IMG/VR virus record: IMGVR_UViG_3300027800_000347
Location: 1,548 to 65,547 of that record
Source: a virus
Taxonomy: Duplodnaviria; Caudoviricetes
Strand: one strand, 5' to 3'
Length of the DNA stretch: 64,000 nucleotides
This document shows positions 28,532-37,965 of the stretch, piece by piece (position 1 is the first letter of the stretch; each line of letters starts with the position of its first letter). The translations under genes and the position numbers were made by a program. The notes beneath the pieces are model-generated. The model saw only the letters and a list, made by a program, of their open reading frames with translations, made no database searches and was not told the DNA's origin.

Positions 28532-28879
28532 ATGACCCCGATGTCCCCCGAAACCCCGACACCGGAAAAGGTTGACTGGATCGTGCAGTGGCTTGACGCC
28601 GTTCCCGCTGTGGCCCTGGCCTGTATGGGCGGCGTGGTCCGCGCCCTGGTGGCCCGTCGAAAGAAAACCTGTCGCCCCATCGTCATCGTCATGGACTTGG
28701 CGGTTTCGGCGGTTGTGGCCGCCTTCGCCGGGGCCGTGACCTACTTCTTTCTCGACAGCGCGGACATCTCCCAAGGCGTCAAGGCCGGGCTGTGCGGCAT
28801 GGCCGGATATTCCGGGACGGAACTCCTGCGGGTGTTCTCGCGGCGGATGCTGGTCGCGGCCGGGGACTGCGACGTTTAA
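28532..28879 (+). CDS. Holin
   Basis: 115 aa, three hydrophobic segments, GGVVRAL...GMAGYSG, in the lysis cassette. Confidence 0.75.
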   Translation: MTPMSPETPTPEKVDWIVQWLDAVPAVALACMGGVVRALVARRKKTCRPIVIVMDLAVSAVVAAFAGAVTYFFLDSADISQGVKAGLCGMAGYSGTELLRVFSRRMLVAAGDCDV

Positions 28880-29076
28880 CGCCCACATGGCCGTGAAGGC
28901 GGCCGGGGGCTGATATTTGGTCGTCCGGGCGCCCCTCCACGCCCAAGGACGGCCTCTGCCGGGGGGAGAAGTCCCCCTGGCCAGATTTTGCCCGGCTACT
29001 GCGGCCACAGGAAAAGACGTGATGCCTCCACGTCCTGCCGGGCAAGAAACTTACGAGGCTGCCGAGGCATGGCGAT

Positions 29077-29577
29077 GTGGCGAAAAGACCAAACGTAAAC
29101 ATCATCCTGCAGGACGCCATTTTCAAGGCGCAAGACCTGACCACACCGGAGAAGATCGTGGCCCTTTGCTTGGTCTGGCACAGAAACCAAAAAACCGGGC
29201 GGTGCGACCCGGGACAGGCCCGGATATGCCTGGAGACTGGCCTTAAAGAACGGGCCGTCCGGGACGCCATCCACGGTTTGACCGAAAAACAGGTCATCGT
29301 CACGACCAGGACGCAGAAAACGACGCGCTACGAATTTTGCGCGCGCAATGGTTCTCTTGATGGTTTACCGGCATCTGGCGCCGGTCCAGACCGGCGTTTA
29401 ATGCCGGTCGGAAAGCCTCGCAAAAAGCCCCGCTATCCCAAGGTCAGGCGGGAAATCACGTCCAGGGCCGACGACGGGTGCGCGACGGACGAACACGAGC
29501 GGGTGAACGATATCGAGTTCATGGAGGCGGTGCGGCGGGACAGCCGGGAGAAACGAGAAAGAGCGGGGGGAAGCTGA
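29077..29577 (+). CDS. Winged-HTH protein resembling a replication-initiator N-terminus
   Basis: LTTPEKIVALCLVWHRNQKTGRCDPGQARICLETGLKERAVRDAIHGL. Confidence 0.7.
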   Translation: MAKRPNVNIILQDAIFKAQDLTTPEKIVALCLVWHRNQKTGRCDPGQARICLETGLKERAVRDAIHGLTEKQVIVTTRTQKTTRYEFCARNGSLDGLPASGAGPDRRLMPVGKPRKKPRYPKVRREITSRADDGCATDEHERVNDIEFMEAVRRDSREKRERAGGS

Positions 29578-30110
29578 TGCCCATACTCATTGGAGAGGGA
29601 AGGATATTTATGGACGGTCAAGAAATAGACCACGGGATACGCAAAGCGATGGACGTCAACGGCAAAGAAACAACGATGCTTTGCGCCTGCGGGGACACTC
29701 ATGGCTTTGCCTGTGGCGGCATCGTGAGAAAGGAGACGCTGGAGAAAGTTTTGCGCCTTCAGGTATGGCCGCACGCTGGACTGCCGTTCCCTTCCTTGCT
29801 CCCGGACATGGACATCGACTTTGGGAGAAACAGGGCCGTGATGGAGAAAGAAAGCCATGCGCTCATGGAAGAACTCAAGGCGATACGGGCCGAGGCTTTG
29901 CGGGCCTCCCGCCGCACGCCATACTTTCACCGCCCCAACACGAACCGCAACACGCGCCGCAGGATGATCCTGGCCGAAAAGCGGCGGGAAGAGATCAGGA
30001 GGGAAGGCTCGATATTTCGCGAGGGGGAGGCGGCAACCAGGGCCGATCATACAGGGTTTCTACGGGTGAGCTGCGCCCTCTGGCGTACACGATTTCCCGC
30101 ACGAATTTGA
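29577..30110 (+). CDS. Hypothetical phage protein
   Basis: TGATG overlap with the upstream ORF. Confidence 0.45.
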   Translation: MPILIGEGRIFMDGQEIDHGIRKAMDVNGKETTMLCACGDTHGFACGGIVRKETLEKVLRLQVWPHAGLPFPSLLPDMDIDFGRNRAVMEKESHALMEELKAIRAEALRASRRTPYFHRPNTNRNTRRRMILAEKRREEIRREGSIFREGEAATRADHTGFLRVSCALWRTRFPARI

Positions 30111-30284
30111 ACGTAAAACGAGGAGGTGATGACCAATGGCGATTCCGAACAGGAGAGGTGTGGCGAGGGTGACGGGACAGGCAGCCGCCAGAACGGGTGG
30201 CGCCCGTGGCGCGAACCTCGTTCGTGCGACGGCGAAGCGCAGCGGAGGCAGCCCCACGACCACGAGGGGCAAGAAGTTCCGCCG

Positions 30285-31670
30285 TTAAACCACAAACGCT
30301 TCGAGCTTGGCGTCAGGCCTCGCTTCCGGCCGGTAGAAATATGTGGTCGGCGGGAGGTCAACGCCAAGCCGGGGCGCAAGATCATGGCCCCAGAGGCGGC
30401 CGTTGCAATGCAGATCAAGCCAGCCAGCTTTTTTCAAAAACCGCTCGGCGAGGGAACCCGAAAGGGGAGTGGCCCTGGGGAACGCCTTGAGCAGCGCCTC
30501 GTAGTCCGCGAGGCATTCCGTTTCCGGGTCGCCTGTGGCCTCCAGGTCGGCCAAGGGATTCGGGGTCTTCACGGGGCGGCCTGCAAGCCTGGAATATTCC
30601 AGGCCCGGCACCTTCAGGCCCATCTTTTGAGCCACAAAGCCGCCGTTCAGGAACATATCCCCATGGGAAACGAGCTTGAGCGCCCCCAAGAAGTGGTCTT
30701 TTTGCGCCCGATCCTCAAACACGATTTCAAATCGGGAGGCATCGGAAAAATAGATGGACACCCAAAAAGACGGCTCGGTCATCGAGGCGTCCTTGTTGGC
30801 CATTTGCTTGGCCTGGGCATTCAGGCGCGAATAGCGGTCGGCCGTGGGCATGGCGTTCGCCGCAGCCTTTTTGGGCTGGGGCCTGGAGAACGTGAAGCGT
30901 TTTTGCGGCTCGGCCTTTGGCGCATCCATCGCGGCCAGGGACTCGGCCTTGGGCAGCGCCGCCATGGAGCCGTATCGCTCAATCGCCCGCTCCAGGCGAA
31001 AAATCTCCAGATCCATCATCGGGAAAAATTCCAGGCACCGGGCATAGTCCCTGGGGAAGTGCTTTTTGAGGCCCCACGCATACAGCAGATACAGGCCGTC
31101 GAACGTGCGGCCGAAGGCCTTGTACTCCGGGGAAAGTTTTACGTCGTTCGCCTTGAGGGCGCCGAGGATGTCGGGCTTTTTCCAGTCCCAAATCGGGTAG
31201 AAAACCCGGCGCCCATTGTTCCAGGCCCCGTGCTTCTTGATCGCCGATGCGCGCTGGATCGAGTCGGCCGCACGAACCCCGATGGCGGTCCAGGAGTTTT
31301 CCGGGATGCCGGCCGAAATTTCAGCCAACCGGCTCACATCGTCCCAATGAAACTGCGGCAGGGCGGCCGCGTGGAGCACCGGATATCTCTCCGGGGCCTG
31401 AAAAACCATCCCGTCCAACGCCATGTGCAGCACGGGCGAGGGCAGGCGAACGATCCGCGCGCCCATCTTTTTCTCGCAGTAGGCCAGGTATTCCTCAACC
31501 ACCTCAAGCCCGGGCACCATATAGTAATAATACGGAACGATTTCAAAGTGTTCCCGAAGCGCAAAAAAGCATCCCCAAGCGTCCTTGCCTCCGGAAAACG
31601 AGAGCAGGCACTTCTTTGGGTCCGGGCTATTAGCCCGAACATGCTGGATTATTGCGTCTAACGATTGCAT
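30285..31670 (-). CDS. PAPS-reductase-like (PP-loop) protein with C-terminal extension
   Basis: LLSFSGGKDA PP-loop; IGVRAADSIQR; FYPIWDW; YKAFGRTFDGL. Confidence 0.85.
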   Translation of the reverse strand: MQSLDAIIQHVRANSPDPKKCLLSFSGGKDAWGCFFALREHFEIVPYYYYMVPGLEVVEEYLAYCEKKMGARIVRLPSPVLHMALDGMVFQAPERYPVLHAAALPQFHWDDVSRLAEISAGIPENSWTAIGVRAADSIQRASAIKKHGAWNNGRRVFYPIWDWKKPDILGALKANDVKLSPEYKAFGRTFDGLYLLYAWGLKKHFPRDYARCLEFFPMMDLEIFRLERAIERYGSMAALPKAESLAAMDAPKAEPQKRFTFSRPQPKKAAANAMPTADRYSRLNAQAKQMANKDASMTEPSFWVSIYFSDASRFEIVFEDRAQKDHFLGALKLVSHGDMFLNGGFVAQKMGLKVPGLEYSRLAGRPVKTPNPLADLEATGDPETECLADYEALLKAFPRATPLSGSLAERFLKKAGWLDLHCNGRLWGHDLAPRLGVDLPPTTYFYRPEARPDAKLEAFVV

Positions 31671-31685
31671 AGGCGGTATTTTTAT

Positions 31686-32147
31686 ATGGAAAAAGAAAAA
31701 AAGCAAGAAAAAAAGCCAAAGAAAAAGAAAAAAACTAAACGCACTAATCGCGGTAAGTACAGCCAGTCCAGGGTGATCAAGGCTATCGAAGGGACAGGTG
31801 GTATAATAACCGAGATTGCTACGAAGTTGGGTTGTCAACGTGCGACGGTTTATGCATACCTTGAAAAATTTCCCAAGGTTAAAAAAGCATACGACGACGA
31901 AAGGGACTCCGTAACAGATGTTGCCCGTGGAAACATTGTAGAAGCAATTTTTAACGGCGACCTTGAAGTCTCTATGTGGTGGGCGTCAAGGCGTGACCCT
32001 GACTTCACGACAAAGCAGCAAATCCAGGCTGATGTCAACAACACTGGCGGCGTGCTCATGGTTCCGGGCGTCGCCACGGATGCCGACGCATGGAGCAAGG
32101 CAGTCCAGGAGCAGCAAGCCGCCATATTGGGAAAGGCGGATGGCTAA
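31686..32147 (+). CDS. terS: Terminase small subunit (putative)
   Basis: HTH GIITEIATKLGCQRATVYAYL; overlaps the terL start. Confidence 0.75.
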   Translation: MEKEKKQEKKPKKKKKTKRTNRGKYSQSRVIKAIEGTGGIITEIATKLGCQRATVYAYLEKFPKVKKAYDDERDSVTDVARGNIVEAIFNGDLEVSMWWASRRDPDFTTKQQIQADVNNTGGVLMVPGVATDADAWSKAVQEQQAAILGKADG

Positions 32148-33540
32148 GGTCACGTGGGCGCCGCAAGCCGGGTCGCAGACGCTCTTCCTGGCCTGCCCGA
32201 TCTTTGAATGCCTGTACGAAGGCACGCGAGGCCCCGGCAAGACGGACGCCTTACTTATGGACTTCGCCCAGCACGTCGGCCAGGGGTTCGGCGCGGCGTG
32301 GAGAGGGATTTTGTTCCGCCGGGAGTACAAGGAACTTGCGGACGTTGTAACCAAGTCGAAGAAGTGGTTTCGCCAGATATTTTCCAAGGCAAGATTCCTT
32401 GAGAGCCAGTCTGATTACAAGTGGCGCTTTGCGGATGGCGAAGAACTGCTCTTTCGCACGGCGAAAGTAAAAGACGACTACTGGAACTACCACGGCCACG
32501 AATACCCCTGGATTGGGTGGGAAGAACTTACAAACTGGGCAAGTCCAGGGCTTTACGAAGATATGACTTCGGTTTGCCGGTCATCGCATCCCGGCGTCCC
32601 TCGCAAGTACAGGGCCACGGCCAACCCCTACGGGGCCGGGCATAACTGGGTAAAAGCCAGATTCATTGACCCTGCGCCGCGAGGGGTTGTTGTCCGGGAT
32701 GAGCATGGGCGGCCGAGGGTGTGCATCCATGGTTCGATCTGCGAAAACAAGATCCTTCTAGCGGCGGACCCGGAATACATCAAAAACATTGAGGCCGTTA
32801 CGGATGAGAACAAGCGTAAGGCGTGGCTTCACGGGGATTGGAACATCACGGCCGGAGGCGCGATTGACGACTTGTGGCGCAAATCCGTCCACGAGATTCC
32901 GCCGTTTGCGGTCCCAAAGTCCTGGCGCGTGGACAGGTCTTTCGATTGGGGTTCGAGTCATCCGTTTTCCGTGTGCTGGTGGGCCGAGTCGGATGGAACG
33001 GAGGCCACCTTGCGAGACGGAACGAGGAAGTCATGGCCCCGGGGAACCCTCTTCCTGGTTGCGGAGTATTACGGCTGGAACGGCAAGCCGAACGAGGGAT
33101 GCCGGATGATCGCCACGGACATCGCCCGGAAGATCGTGGAGGCCGAAAAGGGGTTCTCGTTCAAGGTCGTCCCTGGCCCGGCGGATGGCGAAATTTTTGA
33201 GGCCCAAAATGGCGTCTGCATCGGCGACGACATGGCCCGGGTCGGGGTCCGGTGGGATCGAGCGGACAAGTCCTCCGGGAGCCGCGTGAATGGGCTTGAG
33301 CGGTTCCGGAAATATCTTTCGGACTCGTGCAAGACCCCCATGGAAGAGCCAGGTTTTTTCGCGTTCGATACATGTCGGCATTTTCTCCGCACGGTCCCGG
33401 TCCTGCCCCGCAGCGAAAAGAATTGGGACGACATCGACACTGACGCCGAAGACCACATTTACGACGCCACGCGATACCGGATTCTGGAGAAAACCCGCAC
33501 CTTCAGTTCCCAGCAACAAACCGGGGGGTTCAGGAGATGA
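32140..33540 (+). CDS. terL: Terminase large subunit
   Basis: YEGTRGPGKT Walker A, IGWEELT Walker B, ATANPYG, SFDWGSS and EDHIYDATRY nuclease motifs. Confidence 0.95.
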   Translation: MAKVTWAPQAGSQTLFLACPIFECLYEGTRGPGKTDALLMDFAQHVGQGFGAAWRGILFRREYKELADVVTKSKKWFRQIFSKARFLESQSDYKWRFADGEELLFRTAKVKDDYWNYHGHEYPWIGWEELTNWASPGLYEDMTSVCRSSHPGVPRKYRATANPYGAGHNWVKARFIDPAPRGVVVRDEHGRPRVCIHGSICENKILLAADPEYIKNIEAVTDENKRKAWLHGDWNITAGGAIDDLWRKSVHEIPPFAVPKSWRVDRSFDWGSSHPFSVCWWAESDGTEATLRDGTRKSWPRGTLFLVAEYYGWNGKPNEGCRMIATDIARKIVEAEKGFSFKVVPGPADGEIFEAQNGVCIGDDMARVGVRWDRADKSSGSRVNGLERFRKYLSDSCKTPMEEPGFFAFDTCRHFLRTVPVLPRSEKNWDDIDTDAEDHIYDATRYRILEKTRTFSSQQQTGGFRR

Positions 33541-35087
33541 CCACCATGGCCGAAATCAAAAAAGTCAACGTCGCCACGCCGCGCGCCGAGGTAGCGGCCT
33601 ACAGGGATCGCGCCCGGGTCACCAAAGACCTCATGGGCGGGCTCTGTGTCATGCGCGCCGCCGGGGTCCGGTATCTGCCGAAGTACGACGGCGAGGACGA
33701 CGCCAAATGGAAAGACCGCGTGCAGGGGGCCACGCTATTCAACGGCTACGAAAAGACCCTGGCATATCTGGCCGGGCAGGTGTTTTCGCGCGACGTGGCC
33801 ATGGAGAAGGAAGGGGAGGCCAAGGGTACGGAGTTCGATGCCCTCATGGAAAACATCGACGGCGAGGGCAACAACATCACAACGTGGGCGAAGCGGTTTT
33901 TCCACGGGTGCCTCAATGACGGTTTCGGCCTGATCCTGGTCGATTCCGAGAGCGTGAACATGCGCCCCGGGCCGAACGGCACCAGGGAATACCTGTCCAA
34001 GGACGATGCCGGGATCGAGGCGTGGAAACCGCTCACGGCCGAGGCAAGCGCCGTCCTTGGCCTGCGGCCGAAGCTGGTCCGTGTGCTGGCCGAAAACGTC
34101 CTGGGCTGGCGCTACGAGGTCCAGGAGGGCAAGAAACGCCTGACGCTGCTGCGCATCCTGGAAACCTACACCGAACAGGGCGAGTGGGACGCCGGGGACA
34201 AGACGCGGCTTCAGGTGCGCGTGCTTCGGCCCGGCGGGTACGAGATTTGGCGCAAGCAGAACGAGGACAAAGACGAATGGGTCAAGAAAAAGGAGGGCGC
34301 CCTTCCTGGCGATGAAATTCCCGGGGCCTTCTACCGGCCCGGCAAACCGCTGGATGAAGTGACCTGCGCCCCGGCGCTTGAGGCCCTGGCCGACAAGAAT
34401 ATCGAGCATTGGCAGAAGCAGGCCGAACACAACCAGCTCATGACCTGGGTTCGCTCCCCGGGCATGTACGCGGCCGGGGCCGGGCCGGATGACAAGGTGC
34501 CGTGGGGGCCGGGCACCCTGACGAAGATTTCCGATCCGTCCGGAAGAATCCAGCCCATCGGCGTTGATGCGCCGTCCGTGGCGGCCTCTCGGCAGGAACT
34601 CGAGGATCTGAAGACCGAGATGGCCTTGTTCGGGCTGCAACTGCTTATGCCCCGCACGGGCGACGTGACGGCCACCGGGTCGGCCTTGTCGTCCGCTGAG
34701 TCCGATTCCACGCTAAAGGGGTGGGCACTGGAGCTCAAGGACGCGCTTGAACAGGCCATGGTATTCATGGGCGTGTTCATGGGCGGCCAAGTCCAGGCCC
34801 CGAGCTTGGTGGTGAACACGGAGTTCCGCCCGGCGCTCATGGACGATGCCGTGGCGCTTCAGGGCCTTTCCGATGACGTGAAAAGCGGCATCATCAGCCG
34901 GGAAACCTACCTCAAGGAGAAGAAGCGGCGCGGCATTTTCGCGGATGACTTCGACATCGGGAAGGAAAACGAGCGGATTACCAAGGAACAGCGGGCGGGG
35001 ACATTTCAGGCGGCGGCTACGTCGGCTTTCGGCGGGATGGATCAGCCTCCGGCGGCGAATCCGGCAAATCAAGGTCAGGCAGCGTAA
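33537..35087 (+). CDS. Portal protein (DUF4055-like)
   Basis: 516 aa directly after terL; MRAAGVRYLPK...ATLFN; ISRETYL. Confidence 0.85.
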   Translation: MTTMAEIKKVNVATPRAEVAAYRDRARVTKDLMGGLCVMRAAGVRYLPKYDGEDDAKWKDRVQGATLFNGYEKTLAYLAGQVFSRDVAMEKEGEAKGTEFDALMENIDGEGNNITTWAKRFFHGCLNDGFGLILVDSESVNMRPGPNGTREYLSKDDAGIEAWKPLTAEASAVLGLRPKLVRVLAENVLGWRYEVQEGKKRLTLLRILETYTEQGEWDAGDKTRLQVRVLRPGGYEIWRKQNEDKDEWVKKKEGALPGDEIPGAFYRPGKPLDEVTCAPALEALADKNIEHWQKQAEHNQLMTWVRSPGMYAAGAGPDDKVPWGPGTLTKISDPSGRIQPIGVDAPSVAASRQELEDLKTEMALFGLQLLMPRTGDVTATGSALSSAESDSTLKGWALELKDALEQAMVFMGVFMGGQVQAPSLVVNTEFRPALMDDAVALQGLSDDVKSGIISRETYLKEKKRRGIFADDFDIGKENERITKEQRAGTFQAAATSAFGGMDQPPAANPANQGQAA

Positions 35088-35327
35088 TGGAGGCGTCCAC
35101 CTTCGGGCCTTCGACGCCGGGCCTTCCGGCAAGTTCCGGATCGGTCTGCGCGACCTCGGATGGCATGTTCTCCATGACCATGAGCCGTCGCCCGAAGGCG
35201 GCTTGCGCCCGGCGGCGCGGCGTCATGTGCGTGGAAATGGGCGGCAGCTTGGCCCATTCGGCGTGTAGGCGGGCAATCTCTTCCGGGTCGGTGATCTTTC
35301 CTTCGGCCATGGAGGCGGCATAACACC

Positions 35328-36446
35328 ATGGAAAGGGACTCGCAAGCACTCCTAGACCTGTACTTTCGCGCCCGGGCCATCGCGTTCCGGTATCGCCTTG
35401 ACATCTTCGAGGCTTCGGCGCTTGAGCAAATCCTTGCCGCCTTCGACCAGGGCCGGGCCGAGGTCTTCCGCGAGTTCGCGGCCAAGTTCCAGGGCATGAG
35501 CGATTGGAAGGCCGAACGCCTGCAAGCCCTGCTTGAATCCATGGACGATATGACCCTAGCGCTGCGGCAAACCTTGTCCGGGCAGTATGTGGCCATGGCC
35601 GCCACAGCCGGGGGGCCTGCCCTGGCCGAGGCCGCCGCCATGCTCACCGTGGGCGGCCTGTCGCATGTGGCGGTCAACGCCGTGGACCTGACGCAAAGCC
35701 AGCTTCAGGCGTTTTTCCAGTCCACGCCCTTGAGCGGCAGGCGTATCGACAAATGGGTGGACGCCAGCTTTGACGCCACGGTGCAAGCCCAAATCCGGCA
35801 GGCCATCAACGTGGGCGTCATCAAGGGCGAGGGCTATCCGGGGCTGGTGAAGCGCGTGGAGCAGGGCTTCGGTATGGCCCGCAACGAGGCCGTGACCCTG
35901 ACAAGAACCTTCGTGAGCGCGGCCAACAATGAGGCCCGGAACATGGTTTTCAAGGCCAACCCGGACGTGGTGAAGGGCTGGAAATGGTTGACCAGCGGCG
36001 ACAACCTGGTTTGCCCCCGGTGTCTGGCCCTGCACGGCCGCCGGTTCGACGTGGGCAAGGGGCCGCCTATCCCTTTACATCCCCGGTGCCGCTGCAACCG
36101 TGGCCCGGCCACCATCACCATGCGTGAACTCGGCATCCCCATCGATGAGTTTCAGGGCGAAATGGACAGGTGGGTGGTGCGGGGCAAAAAAGGCGCGGAC
36201 GGGGAGCTTGTCGTTCGCAACATCGACGCCGGAAACCGAAACGCCGTGGTGCGCGTCTCCCGGGCCACGGACGCCGATGCGTGGTTTCAAAGTTTGTCCG
36301 GTGCCGAGAAGCGGGCTACGACGCTTGGCCCTGGCCGGGTCAAGCTGCTCGAGGAAGGCAAGATCGGGGTGAAGGATCTTTTGCGAGAGGATTTCACGCA
36401 AAGGACGCTTGAAGAACTGCACAGGATTGCGGAGGGGAGATCATGA
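35328..36446 (+). CDS. Minor capsid/head morphogenesis protein (SPP1 gp7/MuF)
   Basis: AVTLTRT; KWLTSGDNLVCPRCLALHG...PPIPLHPRCRC. Confidence 0.9.
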   Translation: MERDSQALLDLYFRARAIAFRYRLDIFEASALEQILAAFDQGRAEVFREFAAKFQGMSDWKAERLQALLESMDDMTLALRQTLSGQYVAMAATAGGPALAEAAAMLTVGGLSHVAVNAVDLTQSQLQAFFQSTPLSGRRIDKWVDASFDATVQAQIRQAINVGVIKGEGYPGLVKRVEQGFGMARNEAVTLTRTFVSAANNEARNMVFKANPDVVKGWKWLTSGDNLVCPRCLALHGRRFDVGKGPPIPLHPRCRCNRGPATITMRELGIPIDEFQGEMDRWVVRGKKGADGELVVRNIDAGNRNAVVRVSRATDADAWFQSLSGAEKRATTLGPGRVKLLEEGKIGVKDLLREDFTQRTLEELHRIAEGRS

Positions 36447-36532
36447 ACCAAGGGGAACCACATGCCTGATTCCGGCGACTACGACGTCCCGGCCATGGAC
36501 GCCGGGCGAGGGGTCGGGGCCGAGGCGCGGGC

Positions 36533-36736
36533 CTAGTCGTCAAGGAAGAGGTCTTTTGGGCGAAGATCAAGGGCGCGGGCGATTTTCCTCAATGTCTTTA
36601 GGGTGCAGCAATCAATGCCCTCTTCGCCGTTTCGACAGGCGCGAACAAGCGTCGTTCTCGCCAACCCGGTTTTTCTCTCCATGTCGGACAAGGACAGGCC
36701 TTTCACGGCCATGAAGTCGCGGACACGGCTTTGCAT
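36533..36736 (-). CDS. XRE/Cro-type HTH regulator divergent from the TIGR locus (start could be 36802)
   Basis: KGLSLSDMERKTGLARTTLVR...TLKTLRKIARALDLRPKDLF. Confidence 0.8.
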   Translation of the reverse strand: MQSRVRDFMAVKGLSLSDMERKTGLARTTLVRACRNGEEGIDCCTLKTLRKIARALDLRPKDLFLDD

Positions 36737-36849
36737 CGGTTCCAGGTGGATGATTTCCCCGGCCCGGTCAAGGCCGTTTTTATTATTCGTCGCGTGGAGC
36801 ATGGAGCATAAAAAATCACGCCAGAGAGGAAAAATCAAGCTCGAAGTGG

Positions 36850-36878
36850 TTGACGGCAGATAAGCGGTAGTGTAAAAA
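36850..36878 (+). promoter_or_regulatory. Sigma70-like promoter for the array-Tas operon
   Basis: TTGACG(36850)-17-TAAAAA(36873), ending about 6 nt before the first array unit. Confidence 0.6.
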
Positions 36879-36883
36879 GTCAT

Positions 36884-37108
36884 GAACGGCCCGAGGTAGG
36901 GTGGAACCCAGGATATTCATGCGAGCCATTGGATGGATGAAACCCATATATGCCGTGCGAGCCACGGTTTCCCTTAATCACAGGCCCGTCGTGCGAGCCA
37001 GTTTTGAAGTGAACCCCGGGACCAGAATGCGAGCCAGGTTGCCCATGAAATCCAAAATAGCATTGCGAGCCACACCACCCTTGAAGCCCACCCCCTTTAT
37101 GCGCCCCC
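36884..37108 (+). ncRNA. TIGR-like dual-repeat guide array 1 (6 x 36 nt)
   Basis: TGCGAGCCA at 36920, 36956, 36992, 37028, 37064; TGAAACCCA-like repeats 18 nt later; unique 9-nt spacers; terminal TGCGCCC at 37100. Confidence 0.9.
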
Positions 37109-37124
37109 AAACCCAGGAGGACCA

Positions 37125-37964
37125 ATGAGACCCGACACCCCGGAACGTGAACTGGCGATTCAGCGGTTGAACAAGTCCATCCGCGACTACGACGCCCTGA
37201 ACAAAGTCATCACGGGCATGAAGAACCGCCTCCACGCCCTGAACCCGGACGCCGACCCGAAACACGACCCGTTTTTGAACGGCACAAAGCAGTCCTCCGG
37301 GCTTGAACAGATCAAGGCCCGACTGTCCCGGGCCATCGAGAAGGATTTGTTGGCGTGGCCGATCTACACGGAGTGGATGCAGCACGTTCCCGGCATCGGC
37401 CCGGCCATCGCGGGGCGGCTCATCATGTTGTACTACTACAGGTTTACGCCCGTGTGCGCCTGCGGGGAGGTCCTTGAAAAGAAGGACGGCACTTTCTGGT
37501 GCCCGGCGTGCGAGAAGTCGGTCAAGGGCGACGGCGTGACCAAATACCGGATCGAGCTTCGGGATTTTCCGAACATCTCCAAGTGGTGGGCTTTCATGGG
37601 CATGGCTGTCCTGGACGGCAAGAAGCCGCACCGCGAGAAGGGAAAGCAGCAAAATTGGTCGAGCGTCGGCCGTGCCACCTGCTACCTCATCGGGGACCAG
37701 TTCAACCGCCAGACCACCAAGACCCCCTATGGCGCGTTCCTGCTTGAGCGCAAGGCCCGTATCGAGCGGCTACAACCCGAGGTCAAGAAGGGGCATCGCC
37801 TGAACCGCGCCCGGCATGAGGCGGCGAAACTGTTCCTGGCCCACTTCTGGACTGTGGCCCGGACGCTGGACGGCCTGACCGTGACGCCTCCCTACGCGGG
37901 CACGATCATGGGGCACACCGGGATCGTTGAGCCGTTCCACTTCGGGGTGAAGCAGGCGGCGTAG
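37125..37964 (+). CDS. tasA: TasA-like Nop-domain RNA-guided DNA-binding protein (no nuclease domain; zinc-ribbon insert)
   Basis: N-terminal coiled coil; WMQHVPGIGPAIAGRLI; FPNISKWWAFMGM...GKKPHREKGKQQNWS; HRLNRARHEAAKLFLAHFW; CACG...CPAC insert; no DEDD/RuvC or HNH; flanked by 36-nt arrays. Confidence 0.85.
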   Translation: MRPDTPERELAIQRLNKSIRDYDALNKVITGMKNRLHALNPDADPKHDPFLNGTKQSSGLEQIKARLSRAIEKDLLAWPIYTEWMQHVPGIGPAIAGRLIMLYYYRFTPVCACGEVLEKKDGTFWCPACEKSVKGDGVTKYRIELRDFPNISKWWAFMGMAVLDGKKPHREKGKQQNWSSVGRATCYLIGDQFNRQTTKTPYGAFLLERKARIERLQPEVKKGHRLNRARHEAAKLFLAHFWTVARTLDGLTVTPPYAGTIMGHTGIVEPFHFGVKQAA

Positions 37965-37965
37965 G

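Noticed and set aside
37125-37964. IS110 transposase or insertion sequence
   Set aside because: No N-terminal DEDD RuvC domain and no SG catalytic-serine loop after the AFMG motif; the flanks are guide-like arrays
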